Below, one piece after another: positions 30,395 through 39,910 of a stretch of DNA of 56,557 nucleotides. A program made the position numbers and the translations under genes. Under the pieces are notes generated by a model. It was not told where the DNA came from. It worked only from the letters and a program-made list of their open reading frames with translations, and made no database searches. The stretch is taken from NCBI GenBank assembly GCA_001563335.1, contig LRSL01000029.1:1-56557 (forward strand). Reading direction: 5' to 3'. This stretch comes from Candidatus Thorarchaeota archaeon SMTZ1-45 (GTDB taxonomy: Archaea; Asgardarchaeota; Thorarchaeia; Thorarchaeales; Thorarchaeaceae). Within the stretch, counting starts at the first letter, position 1; every line of letters begins with the position of its first letter.

Positions 30395-30619
30395 TTAATG
30401 ACCCCATCTAAGTCGTTCTGGTTTTGTTTCTTTCTTGAAGACTTTCTTCACTGTTTTCCAATGATCAGCGCACAGGTAAACTGTTCTTGATCGTGCATCT
30501 TTGACTTTGAGACTTGATTTTGCTACACTCTCAGCAATCCGATCTCTCTTCATGGATCTCTTTGAAGGTTTCCTGCAACCAACTATACTGCAAATCTTTT
30601 CCTCTGACACTTGGGACAC
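30395..30619 (-). CDS. Small basic zinc-finger protein
   Basis: CSIVGC ... YLCADH, Lys/Arg-rich. Confidence 0.7.
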   Translation of the reverse strand: MSQVSEEKICSIVGCRKPSKRSMKRDRIAESVAKSSLKVKDARSRTVYLCADHWKTVKKVFKKETKPERLRWGH

Positions 30620-30668
30620 TTCAAACCCACTACCTGTTGAATGGTATTATAACTATAGCGCATTGATA

Positions 30669-31667
30669 TCAGGTATTAACATTCTTTGGTGTGAGAAAGC
30701 CACCCTTTGAAAAGTCAAAAAATATGCGTTCATCTTTGCCAAGTGTCAATCTGACAGCTTTGGAGTCGTCAGCCTGTCCAAAGAAAGTCGTGGAAAGGCC
30801 ATGTGCCTGTGCAATCCGTTTCACGTCCGGGAGATTACTTTCAGCTGTGGCTACAAGAAAACCTAGTGAGATAAACATCCGAACCCAGTCCTCTAATGGA
30901 ATGTCAGAGGGTCGAGACGAGTCAAGGGAATCTAAGTTCAAAGTGCCACCACATCCAGAGTATTCTAACATCATACCGGCTGTCCCTATCACTCCTGCAA
31001 CAGAAACATCCTTCGCAGCTGTCAATAACTTTTCACTGGCAAGTTCATTCATTACTGAGAGTCTGCGAACAACATCCTCAGATGTTCGACCTGTGACTGA
31101 GTCCCATCCCAGTTTGTAGCTTTCACCTCTCTGGCCAACTTTGTCAAACAATAGAACCAACACATTACCTGACTCTGCTCCACCTGCAGTGAGAAGATTC
31201 GTTTTCATGACTCTGCCTGTGGCTGAGCCAACAATATACGTGGAGCTTGAACTAGGATTTGTATGCCCTCGGACAATGGGAACTCGAAATATCTGAGACC
31301 CGGTGATTAGCCCATCGAGTAATGCCTCTCCAATTTTAGGATCGGAATATGACAAAGCTACAGCAAATGAGGTTGGCGTTCCCCCTGCAGCGTAGATATC
31401 CATCATGTTAGCAAGCACAGCATTGAATCCTGCTGCTCGAGGGTAGTTTACGCAGAGGTCTTCAACAATCCCATCGGTAGTTAAGAGTACGTATTCATCA
31501 GACTCTGTTCCGATTGCAGCAGAGTCCTCGCCAAGACTGTGAGGAGTATTACCCTTGAAGGATTCTAACCGAAGCCTATCAATTATAGAAGGAAGCACGA
31601 ATTTCCGTGAGATTCCATCAAAGCTCAAAAGGAGCTTTACAATCTCATCGAGACGGTTCAAGTCCAA
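30669..31667 (-). CDS. PurM/AIR-synthase-related protein (methanogenesis-marker-2/sll0787-like); not canonical SelD
   Basis: GEDSAAI, TTDGI, NMMDIYAAGG, GHT and KDVSVAG motifs; lacks the SelD N-terminal C/U-G-x-K. Confidence 0.8.
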   Translation of the reverse strand: MDLNRLDEIVKLLLSFDGISRKFVLPSIIDRLRLESFKGNTPHSLGEDSAAIGTESDEYVLLTTDGIVEDLCVNYPRAAGFNAVLANMMDIYAAGGTPTSFAVALSYSDPKIGEALLDGLITGSQIFRVPIVRGHTNPSSSSTYIVGSATGRVMKTNLLTAGGAESGNVLVLLFDKVGQRGESYKLGWDSVTGRTSEDVVRRLSVMNELASEKLLTAAKDVSVAGVIGTAGMMLEYSGCGGTLNLDSLDSSRPSDIPLEDWVRMFISLGFLVATAESNLPDVKRIAQAHGLSTTFFGQADDSKAVRLTLGKDERIFFDFSKGGFLTPKNVNT

Positions 31668-31677
31668 TCACTCTAAA

Positions 31678-31818
31678 CTAGGGAACCGGTGTTGCTGGAC
31701 CTGGAAGCAAGCCAACAGCAAAAGCAGCTTGACCAAGTAGAATACCTATTCCTAAGAGAGATATTCCAACCATGAAGTAAATAAGAGCCCGCATCTCTGG
31801 GCGAATTTCCTCAAACAC
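31678..31818 (-). CDS. Small single-pass membrane protein (46 aa), absent from the ORF track
   Basis: GTG start after an AAGGTGA RBS: MFEEIRPEMRALIYFMVGISLLGIGILLGQAAFAVGLLPGPATPVP*. Ends 10 nt before the next gene. Confidence 0.65.
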   Translation of the reverse strand: MFEEIRPEMRALIYFMVGISLLGIGILLGQAAFAVGLLPGPATPVP

Positions 31819-31898
31819 TTCAGTTCACCTTCGCTACACAGCGAATTATGTGTCACTTATAGACGTTGCGTCATGAAGACTACTGAAAGATTGTTCCT

Positions 31899-32198
31899 TC
31901 ATCGCAGCTTGAACTTCTTCGCAATGTCTTTTGGCATCGCATCAGGATAAGGTTCATCAAGCCGTACATGCACTTCTTTTATTACTGGTTCAGTGATTTG
32001 CTTGCATTTCCCATCCTGTGTCAATTTACGTATTGCACACTTGGAATGAACACACCAGCCTTGATCACATTCTTCGTCAATCCAGGTACACCAGACTAAT
32101 TCCCTATTTCCTTGCCTCCGAATCTTAAGAGCTGGAGGCTTCTTTGTACACACAAATTTATCACACAGAGCTGTACATTCCACATTGTTGCTGACCAT
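31899..32198 (-). CDS. Cys-rich hypothetical protein (putative metal-binding)
   Basis: Eight Cys: CxxxCxxxxC...CTWIDEEC...C....C...GKC. Confidence 0.7.
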   Translation of the reverse strand: MVSNNVECTALCDKFVCTKKPPALKIRRQGNRELVWCTWIDEECDQGWCVHSKCAIRKLTQDGKCKQITEPVIKEVHVRLDEPYPDAMPKDIAKKFKLR

Positions 32199-32226
32199 TA
32201 TTGACCGCTCCAAAGTTTAATTGTGT

Positions 32227-33027
32227 TCACCTCTTCTCGGCAACCCTGAGTAGCGATATCAAACGTTTTTGGCCACCTTCTACGATCTTGATGCTTCTTT
32301 CGAGTTTTGCTTTTGATGAGTCATAGGAGTTTCGAGATATATCTCCAATCTTGAATCTGGCTTCAATCCTGCTGAGTTCCTTGTCAAGGTCCTTGAGTGT
32401 CTTTTTGGTTCCCTTCACCCATTTTTTAGCGGTTTTTATTGCATTCTTTAGATTCTCATGCAATTCTTTGATTGCGTGAAGTATCTCACGTCGCTGTTCC
32501 TTGTAGACATCCTTGTCGACAGTACTTGAGATAGCCTCAAGTTTCTCAAGTCGTTCCTCATCCCGATCTAAAGCTTCTAGTAGCCGTTCCAAGACCAATG
32601 GTGTTGAAACAGCAGCTAACTCCCTTCGACGGCTCTTAGTCTTTTCAAATTCATCACGCAGCTCTTCAGCTCTAGCAGTGAGGACATCTTTGTTTGCTTG
32701 TTGAAGTTGAAGTGCCTGTCTAGTTGCTTTGGTTCGCTCTATGATGCTGTCAAGTTCCATATCAACAACATCAAGCTCGGATCTTGACAGAAGCACAACT
32801 GCAGCCTCATTATCCATATCTTCTATTGTTATATCGAAATAAGGTAAGTCCACCCTCTCTGGTTGTATTGGAAGTGTTATGGAATCGAGCTGCTCTTCAG
32901 TCTTTGATTCAACTTCTGGAGGACTAATGGATTCCTCTACATCAAGTGGTTTTCCACATATCTTGCAGTAACGCCCTTCGGGGACTTCCAAACCACAGAA
33001 AGGACAGGTAACAAGCGTGTCTGACAT
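32227..33027 (-). CDS. Zinc-ribbon plus long coiled-coil protein (CdvA-like C-terminus)
   Basis: CPFC..CKIC ribbon, acidic linker, heptad-rich helices and the ARFKIGDISRNSY motif. Confidence 0.65.
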   Translation of the reverse strand: MSDTLVTCPFCGLEVPEGRYCKICGKPLDVEESISPPEVESKTEEQLDSITLPIQPERVDLPYFDITIEDMDNEAAVVLLSRSELDVVDMELDSIIERTKATRQALQLQQANKDVLTARAEELRDEFEKTKSRRRELAAVSTPLVLERLLEALDRDEERLEKLEAISSTVDKDVYKEQRREILHAIKELHENLKNAIKTAKKWVKGTKKTLKDLDKELSRIEARFKIGDISRNSYDSSKAKLERSIKIVEGGQKRLISLLRVAEKR

Positions 33028-33092
33028 GGCTTTACACAATCCATGATAGAATTCCTAGTCGGACTTTTATCCGACATTAGTTTCGGTCTTGT

Positions 33093-33410
33093 TCATGTTA
33101 GAGTGCCCAGTCGACTGCTCACTTCATCAAGCTGAGCTTTTGTTGTGACTATTGAATCTGCACCATATGTCGGTATTACTTTCAATTCCTCTATAAGAAG
33201 AGCTATTGCTTTATTGGAATCAATCTCCTTCTTATCAAGAGAGGCATCGGGAAAAGTAAGCGATGCTTCTATCCATTTCGTTTTTGTGTCATCAGAGGGA
33301 AATAGACAGTAGATATAGTCGTCATTGCTGCAGATAAACGAGGGAGTGTTCTCCCAAGCTTGTGCCAACAGTATGCCAAAAGCCTTTGCATTTTCAGCCT
33401 TATCAGCCAT
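33093..33410 (-). CDS. Hypothetical protein
   Basis: About 105-aa ORF with a GAGGT RBS, in a co-oriented gene string. Confidence 0.7.
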   Translation of the reverse strand: MADKAENAKAFGILLAQAWENTPSFICSNDDYIYCLFPSDDTKTKWIEASLTFPDASLDKKEIDSNKAIALLIEELKVIPTYGADSIVTTKAQLDEVSSRLGTLT

Positions 33411-33493
33411 CAAGATTACCTCGGGCCAGATGTTGTAACGGACAACGTATTTGCGAACTTAATTGTTTTGCTCATGGATTGAAGCGAAAAAAA

Positions 33494-34057
33494 CTATGGT
33501 CTATGCCAAACGAAGGAATAGTAAGCGACCTCAGCATTTTCTTTGACTGTGGCAATGATGAATTTCTTCCTCACACTTGTTGCTAATCTCCCAGCCCGAA
33601 CAATATCGAGTGGAACTACACCTTTCCTCTGGGGGATAACATGGACAAGAAAGGGTGCATGGTCTTTTCCAGGTCCAAATTCATAGACTGCAAAATCAGT
33701 ACCAAACTTTAATCCGGGACGTACAACATACCCATGTTCACGTAACTGAGAATATACAACGAAACGGTCTTTGAACTCATCAGACCATTCCGATCCTAGT
33801 TTTAGAAGATCATCAACACTTAGGATTTTATCTTCATCATGTCGGCGAACATTGAGCCGTTTTTGTTGAGTGAGATAGACACATTCAATCAACGATAACT
33901 CAAGTGGTTTGTCGAAAACTGAAGACTTCGGTTTTCTAATTCCTACAGGTTGGCCAAAGTAACCCTCTTCATAAAGTTGCATGCCATAATCAGGATCCCA
34001 AACGATTCCTCTGTCACCTACAAGTCTAGCTTCTGCAACAAAGGAAGGTTTTTCCAA
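33494..34057 (-). CDS. endA: tRNA-splicing endonuclease
   Basis: LELSLIECVYL, GLKFGTDFAVY (Tyr), DHAPFLV (His) and GRLATSVRKK (Lys). Confidence 0.93.
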   Translation of the reverse strand: MEKPSFVAEARLVGDRGIVWDPDYGMQLYEEGYFGQPVGIRKPKSSVFDKPLELSLIECVYLTQQKRLNVRRHDEDKILSVDDLLKLGSEWSDEFKDRFVVYSQLREHGYVVRPGLKFGTDFAVYEFGPGKDHAPFLVHVIPQRKGVVPLDIVRAGRLATSVRKKFIIATVKENAEVAYYSFVWHRP

Positions 34058-34075
34058 TTCATAGCACCGACTATA

Positions 34076-34747
34076 TCAAGTATTGAGTGTGAGTGAGAGC
34101 GTTCGAATCACCAGTGCTGCATCTTCGCTGAAATTCGCTATATCCTCTAGCATGTTTATGAAATCTCGGAATCGGAGCAGTACAGGAAGTGGAATATCTA
34201 AAGGATACAATAAAGTTTGAATCTTTCTTTGTACCACGTCTATTTGCTTCTCTAGTTTACAAATCTCCTCAGCACGTTTCATGGATTCTTCCATGTTAAT
34301 TGATAGAAATCGTACTGCTTCACGTTGTGCAGAGAGCTGGGAGCTCATCAGCTTTCCTAGCTCTGCTATATTCTCTTTCAACTCACCATCAGGTGTCCAA
34401 TGTTCGACAACTGCTGCTAGATGATAGCATGCAATTTCTGCACCATCTACTGATTTGTCATTGTAGAACACAAGCTTGAGAAGATCTTCACGCTGCATCA
34501 AAGAGCTGGCGTTCGCCAGTTCATTGAGTATGGTACGCTTCAAAGCATCACCTTTTTCTTCTAGAGCCGTGATTTTCTCAAGTTCATCAGTTGCAATGGA
34601 CTTTTTACCTTCAAGCCAATCGGTGATTGCATTGACTACTATCTTATTTGCTGATACTGCCACACGAAAATGCTCATCCAGCATTTGTGTGATATTTCCC
34701 AGCTCGGAGCTGATGAACCTTCCATTATCGAGAACCATGATGGACAC
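34076..34747 (-). CDS. DUF47/PhoU-like phosphate transport regulator
   Basis: LEEKGDALKR, REDLLKL, LEKQIDVV and LEDIANFSEDAA helical repeats. Confidence 0.8.
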   Translation of the reverse strand: MSIMVLDNGRFISSELGNITQMLDEHFRVAVSANKIVVNAITDWLEGKKSIATDELEKITALEEKGDALKRTILNELANASSLMQREDLLKLVFYNDKSVDGAEIACYHLAAVVEHWTPDGELKENIAELGKLMSSQLSAQREAVRFLSINMEESMKRAEEICKLEKQIDVVQRKIQTLLYPLDIPLPVLLRFRDFINMLEDIANFSEDAALVIRTLSLTLNT

Positions 34748-34820
34748 CTATATTGAGCTGAGTCGATTAGAGTAGCTTTTTAATTCTTCTGGACCTTGAG
34801 CAAAATAGGAGAAAGGAATA

Positions 34821-35621
34821 GTGGAGCTCTGGCAGCTTATCGTTGCTCTCATTCAGGGACTGGTGGAATGGCTTCCAATAAGCAGTGAAGGACAGGTTGT
34901 TCTGTTCTTGTATAATTTTTCACCCGTTTCCACAGAAGAGATCCTCTCTCTTGTGGTTTGGCTTCATCTCGGAACTACTTTAGCAGTAATAGTGAGGTAT
35001 CCAAGAGTAATTTTTGAAATATTGAGTTTCAGAGATAGGAGATTATTAAGACTCCTTCTTCTAGCTACAGGAAGTACCGCTCTTACTGCTTTACCTCTTT
35101 ACTACTTCCTGAAAAGCAGTTTGACGCCTATGCATGGTGAACTTTTGAACGTATTAGTAGGAGTACTGCTATTGGTAACAGCTATTGTCTTGTATCTTCC
35201 AACTAGACAAAGCAAGGAAAAAAATGTGGACATTGGACGAGAGGTTGAGAATACAGAGGCAGTCACAACTGGACTAGTTCAAGGTTTGGCAGTACTGCCT
35301 GGTTTAAGTAGATCAGGTGTGACCATTTCCGCGCTTCTGATACAGAAAATAGACAAAGAAACTGCAATGAAGTTCAGTTTCCTAATGAGTGCCCCTGCAG
35401 TCATCGCGATTCTTTTCTTGGAGATTTTATCAGGAACTACGATTCCATCAGGGATTAACACATTCGATTTCTTTGTGATAGAAGGAATCGTATTTGGGAC
35501 GGGGCTCATATCAATGGAGTTCCTATTGAGGTTAGCAAAAAGAGTCAGTTTCTGGAAATTATGCCTTGCTCTAGCAGTTGTGGCAATCGTGTTTGGCATC
35601 CCTACATTGATACCAATATAG
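34821..35621 (+). CDS. uppP: Undecaprenyl-diphosphate phosphatase (BacA family)
   Basis: QGLVEWLPISSEG, LHLGT, PGLSRSG and FSFLMS motifs. Confidence 0.9.
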   Translation: MELWQLIVALIQGLVEWLPISSEGQVVLFLYNFSPVSTEEILSLVVWLHLGTTLAVIVRYPRVIFEILSFRDRRLLRLLLLATGSTALTALPLYYFLKSSLTPMHGELLNVLVGVLLLVTAIVLYLPTRQSKEKNVDIGREVENTEAVTTGLVQGLAVLPGLSRSGVTISALLIQKIDKETAMKFSFLMSAPAVIAILFLEILSGTTIPSGINTFDFFVIEGIVFGTGLISMEFLLRLAKRVSFWKLCLALAVVAIVFGIPTLIPI

Positions 35622-35624
35622 AAA

Positions 35625-36344
35625 TCACTCAGACCTCTTCTGGAACATTATAGCTATTGGTGCATTGGCTTTTCGCCACTCTGCAAGCTTGCCTTCATAA
35701 TTAAGGGGGATTGGGTGTCGACCATGATTTCCTACGACAATGAATAATGTTCCTACTCTTGCCTGTTTAAGAAGCACCTTGATCCAATTATCAGTCCGAC
35801 GAACAATCTTCTCGAGTAAGGTTTTGGGAGGTGTTCTATGACCATATTGAGCATAGAGACTCTCGAAGTCTAAGAAATGGAGATATAGGAGTTCACTCTT
35901 GAAGATGTGTTTTGTTGCCTCAATATAGGTAGCCATATCGTCACGTGGGCGCACAGTATATGATGGGTCGAAGTCCCACTGGACCATATCTTCTTCACGA
36001 CAGACAACACGGGTCACCTTCCCATTGTTCTTGACATGTTGGATTAGGTGAAAGTCGGTTCTATGCCCCTTCAGGAGTCGTTTGATGAGTGGTAGCGCGT
36101 AAGGATCGTTAGTTTCAAGCAGAGCTAAAGCTTCCATGTTCTTGATGAGTGCCTCAGGCTTGTACACCACTGCTTCGAAGAGTCCAAAGTTGTCAATCAT
36201 AATTATTACTACTGCCTTTGGGTTGAACTTCTGCAATAACTCCTTATTTGGAGGAAAGAGTCCTTCTGGAATCTCTATACCTAAGAGTTTCAAGACAGTT
36301 GAAGGAAACTCCAATGCTGTAGTTCGTACCTGTGGAAACGACAT
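35625..36344 (-). CDS. Hypothetical protein, degenerate alkaline-phosphatase-superfamily fold
   Basis: IIMIDNFG and IVVGNHG resemble the AlkP core strands (D-G-L-G and T-A-D-H-G). Confidence 0.55.
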   Translation of the reverse strand: MSFPQVRTTALEFPSTVLKLLGIEIPEGLFPPNKELLQKFNPKAVVIIMIDNFGLFEAVVYKPEALIKNMEALALLETNDPYALPLIKRLLKGHRTDFHLIQHVKNNGKVTRVVCREEDMVQWDFDPSYTVRPRDDMATYIEATKHIFKSELLYLHFLDFESLYAQYGHRTPPKTLLEKIVRRTDNWIKVLLKQARVGTLFIVVGNHGRHPIPLNYEGKLAEWRKANAPIAIMFQKRSE

Positions 36345-36518
36345 TCAACATTCCTCAGTGGCTTTCCCCTATTTAAGCTTCATAAAGCTCAAGAAGCTTG
36401 TGCAGGCTTGGAGATCATCTTATGTCAATCTTCGTGTTATTCTTCTAGCTTCTTTAACCTATGGCCTATGGAAGGGTTAAAAACCTCAGTGAAAAGACTG
36501 AGCAATAGAGGTAGGTAC

Positions 36519-37481
36519 ATGACCTTAAGGGACATCATTTACAAGGACACTATCAAGTTCATTCTTTCAGGAGGAAAAGGTGGAGTTGGAAAGACTAGCT
36601 GCGCTGGAGCCATGGCAGTATTATCGGCCCGTCACGGTTTCCGGACCCTCGTGCTCTCTACAGATCCAGCTCATAGTCTCAGTGACAGCTTCGATCAAGA
36701 TCTATCAGGTGGAGATATCGTTCCAATCGAGGGGTTCGACAACCTATGGGGAATGGAAATAAGCACTGAGAAAGGAATGGAAGAATTTCAACAGGTAGTG
36801 GGGGATGGTGCTATTGGCCCAGAGGCACAAATGGCTGCAGGGCTGATGGGAGATATGACAGGAATGGCACCACCTGGATCAGACGAAGCAATGGCCTTTG
36901 GAAAAATACTCGAGTTTCTCGAAGACTCATCCTATGACCGTGTTATCTTTGACACCGCACCAACGGGCCACACCCTCAAATTACTTGAACTGCCTGACCT
37001 TTTAGACAGTTGGCTTGGTAAGATACTCACCCTAAGACAACGACTGAGTTCAATGATGGGATCACTTCGAGGACTTTTTGGTGGTGGCGACCAAGAAGAT
37101 GACTCTTGGAAAATGATCCAGCAAACAAAAGACAAGATACGTGCTGCAAGGATTGAACTCTCTGATCCTGATACCACGCAGTTCGTGGTAGTGATGATAC
37201 CTGAAGCTATGGCAGTCTTTGAAACTCAACGACTTCTCACAAGTCTGAATTCTTGGCACATACCTGCAACTCATCTGATAATTAATCAACTAGTTCCTCA
37301 AAACCCGTCATGCAGTTTTTGTTCCAAGAGACATGAGATGCAACAGTCCAATTTAAGAGACATTAGAGAACTGTACTCTGACATGGACCTTACGGAAGTC
37401 CCACTCTTCGATGAAGAAATAAGAGGTGTTGAGGGTCTCACAGAATTAGGAGAGATATTGATTGGAGGAGAGGTTGAATAG
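36519..37481 (+). CDS. GET3/TRC40/ArsA-family ATPase (single domain, GET3-like)
   Basis: GKGGVGKT, STDPAH, PGSDE, DTAPTGH, Met-rich helical insert and C-terminal CSFC. ATG 36519 has a GAGGT RBS. Confidence 0.92.
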   Translation: MTLRDIIYKDTIKFILSGGKGGVGKTSCAGAMAVLSARHGFRTLVLSTDPAHSLSDSFDQDLSGGDIVPIEGFDNLWGMEISTEKGMEEFQQVVGDGAIGPEAQMAAGLMGDMTGMAPPGSDEAMAFGKILEFLEDSSYDRVIFDTAPTGHTLKLLELPDLLDSWLGKILTLRQRLSSMMGSLRGLFGGGDQEDDSWKMIQQTKDKIRAARIELSDPDTTQFVVVMIPEAMAVFETQRLLTSLNSWHIPATHLIINQLVPQNPSCSFCSKRHEMQQSNLRDIRELYSDMDLTEVPLFDEEIRGVEGLTELGEILIGGEVE

Positions 37482-37483
37482 TA

Positions 37484-37588
37484 ATGAAACGGTCATTGAG
37501 AGTAAAAATTCTTTCAGCGTGTATGATTTTCCTGTTCCTCGCATCATTTGCAGTAGCGATATATCTCATATATAGACCATGGGGCTGA
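37484..37588 (+). CDS. 34-aa single-TM microprotein, absent from the ORF track
   Basis: MKRSLRVKILSACMIFLFLASFAVAIYLIYRPWG*. Starts 2 nt after the GET3 stop, with a GGAGAGGT RBS, and fills the gap to rpo12. Confidence 0.62.
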   Translation: MKRSLRVKILSACMIFLFLASFAVAIYLIYRPWG

Positions 37589-37600
37589 AAGTGAATCGAA

Positions 37601-37744
37601 TTAGACACCTTTGACGCGTTTAACGACTGGTGGTCGAATTTTGTATAGAATTCTTCCTCCACAGTATGGACACTTCACACCTGGGAGGGTTTTAAGACCC
37701 TCTGGGGTTACTTCTCTGTGGCATTTATGACAAACATAGACCAT
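37601..37744 (-). CDS. rpo12: RNA polymerase subunit Rpo12 (P), absent from the ORF track
   Basis: MVYVCHKCHREVTPEGLKTLPGVKCPYCGGRILYKIRPPVVKRVKGV*; GGTGA RBS. Confidence 0.95.
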   Translation of the reverse strand: MVYVCHKCHREVTPEGLKTLPGVKCPYCGGRILYKIRPPVVKRVKGV

Positions 37745-37816
37745 TCCAGTCACCAATGGTTTTCCAAGAGTAAGGCAATATGAAGCTTTTCTTAGGACAC
37801 ATTAGGAGTCTAAGGG

Positions 37817-39400
37817 TCAACTTACAACTTCTCCTTCAACAAGACCGCTGCTCAGTACACGGGTGACTCTAACAAAAAGAAAAGTGCCTGCTGAATAGCC
37901 CCCTAAAACTGTCATGAGTGGACCTTCATCTAGAGGATAAACCATTGTAAACCCGTGATGAGTCTTGGACGGTTCTGCTGCAATGCCTCGAATCAACTCC
38001 CCAAGGTACCTTTCCTTCTTTCTGCGATTAATCGTTTCAGCCTCTCTTCTAAGTATTAGACCGAATTTGTCAGTTAGTGACGATTCAGGATATTTAGCGA
38101 AGGCGGAACCTGGTAATGGTCGGAAACCATACAAGATTATTCGCTCTGCACCAGCCGCACTCACGCTGCGCATGAGCTTGACTGATTGTTCTGTTGTTTC
38201 AGCAGTTTCACCAGGGAGTCCATAAATGAAGTAGACAAAAGGTTTCATGTCATAGGTTTTGGCTACCTTGACAGCACGAATGACATCTTCTGGACTTCCA
38301 CACTTGCCGATCTGACGCATGTGATGTTCGGATCCTGTTTCTAATCCAATATTAGGAGAACTGGAAATCATGGATTTCTTCAGTATTTGAGCAACATCAT
38401 CTGTAAACAAACATGCCTTCATATTTTCAACACCAATATGAACAGACCCATCAGAAACCTGTGGTAGTGAGTTGAGTTGCATAAGTAGATCTTCAATTGC
38501 AGCTAGATTTGCAGGAGGACTACATGGGTCCGTTAGGGGCTCAGGTCCTCTCATGTAATCCAAAAACCCTGGTGCCTCCAGGATGATTCTATGCACGCCT
38601 AGGTTTACTAGCTCTCTAACTTCCTGAATGATGGAAGTTGCAGTCCTACTTCGGGGGGGGCCCCAAGTACCAGGAACGCTACAGAAACCACATCCTGGGG
38701 GAATATCTTCAGGGCATTCCATTCGTGTCAACGAATCTACTGAATCGCAATTATTGCATTCTGAGCATTTTCTACCATCTGCAAGAGGGTATTTTGTCCG
38801 CTTGAAATTTGAACACCCACGCAGTATCTCAACATAGACCTTGCAAGCTTGATAGGCTTGGTAATCAACGATTCTTGTGGTTGAGGGATGAAACCTCTCT
38901 GACAGTTCCTGTGATGAGAGTACGGTTCTTGATTTATTGACTCGAGGCTTATTATCCTCAAGAAAAGCAATGCCATGAATATCTGCGAGCGGGATTTCTT
39001 CACCTAGGAAATCCTTCTCCAATAGTTCATCAAGAGTTCCTTCACCCTCACCAATCACAAGAACATCAGGCTGAATCTGTTTGAGGATGATATCTGGGTC
39101 TGAAGCGATTGGACCTCCCAGAAGTATTCTACCCTTTGACCGGTTATACCTCCAAATTTTGGCAATCTTCTGGACTACTATTAGATCCATTGTCATAGCA
39201 CTTATGGCAAGATGATCAAACCGTTTTAGGACTCCTTTCTTTGAAAGTACTTCCTCTGCTCGACGTATTGCGCATTGAGTTCCATGATTTTCAAGCACAC
39301 CGGCGATTGTACGTGGTCCACAGCCAATTGTGTCTCTTGAACTAGTGCGCTGTCCAGAGCCTGCACTTAGAGCATCAATGATTAGCACTTGACCGGTCAT
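37817..39400 (-). CDS. B12-binding radical SAM protein with C-terminal TRAM-like domain
   Basis: LLGGP, VIGEGE, RGCSNF...GCGFC with a Cys-rich insert, GLETGS and FIYGLPGET. Confidence 0.87.
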   Translation of the reverse strand: MTGQVLIIDALSAGSGQRTSSRDTIGCGPRTIAGVLENHGTQCAIRRAEEVLSKKGVLKRFDHLAISAMTMDLIVVQKIAKIWRYNRSKGRILLGGPIASDPDIILKQIQPDVLVIGEGEGTLDELLEKDFLGEEIPLADIHGIAFLEDNKPRVNKSRTVLSSQELSERFHPSTTRIVDYQAYQACKVYVEILRGCSNFKRTKYPLADGRKCSECNNCDSVDSLTRMECPEDIPPGCGFCSVPGTWGPPRSRTATSIIQEVRELVNLGVHRIILEAPGFLDYMRGPEPLTDPCSPPANLAAIEDLLMQLNSLPQVSDGSVHIGVENMKACLFTDDVAQILKKSMISSSPNIGLETGSEHHMRQIGKCGSPEDVIRAVKVAKTYDMKPFVYFIYGLPGETAETTEQSVKLMRSVSAAGAERIILYGFRPLPGSAFAKYPESSLTDKFGLILRREAETINRRKKERYLGELIRGIAAEPSKTHHGFTMVYPLDEGPLMTVLGGYSAGTFLFVRVTRVLSSGLVEGEVVS

Positions 39401-39543
39401 TATCGATAGAGAAATAGTTCATGGCTGGCTCTTTACTGTTACCTAACCCATTTTTTGCATAGACTCATAGCACTTTTAAGGCTCTAAGACTACATCTTGT
39501 TCCGGCAGAAAAAGATAGCCAAAACTAAGGAGTATAATGCTGC

Positions 39544-39888
39544 GTGAGCGACGACGAAGGCGGAATTTGCCCGAATTGCGGACTGCCTCAGGACCTATGC
39601 GTCTGTGAAACGATAGCACAGGAAGAGGCAAGGATTACTGTAACTATTGAACGAAGAAAATGGGGTCGTTTGACAACAATTGTGGAAGGTTTTGACAAGA
39701 ACATTGACCTCAGTGATTTATCGACCAAGTTGAAGGCAAAACTTGCTTGTGGAGGTGCTGCAAAGCATGGCCATATTGAGCTTCAGGGAGACCACCGAGG
39801 GTCAATTCAAGAAGTGCTTTCCAAGCTAGGATTTCCAGAAGAAATGGTACAAGTGGACTGGTCGTTTCAGGCAACAGGAAGAAGATAG
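39544..39888 (+). CDS. sui1: Translation initiation factor aIF-1 (SUI1)
   Basis: CPNCGLPQDLCVCE, LKAKLACGG, IELQGDHR. Confidence 0.95.
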   Translation: MSDDEGGICPNCGLPQDLCVCETIAQEEARITVTIERRKWGRLTTIVEGFDKNIDLSDLSTKLKAKLACGGAAKHGHIELQGDHRGSIQEVLSKLGFPEEMVQVDWSFQATGRR

Positions 39889-39910
39889 TTGAAAGGTAGT
39901 TGTCTAGATT

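Noticed and set aside
30669-31700. PurM-like ORF as SelD, with an in-frame TGA immediately before its TTG start
   Set aside because: There is no SelD-like G-C/U-G-x-K motif upstream and that frame hits TAG. The TGA is part of a GAGTGA RBS, and the N-terminus MDL...GISRK fits the marker-2 family start.
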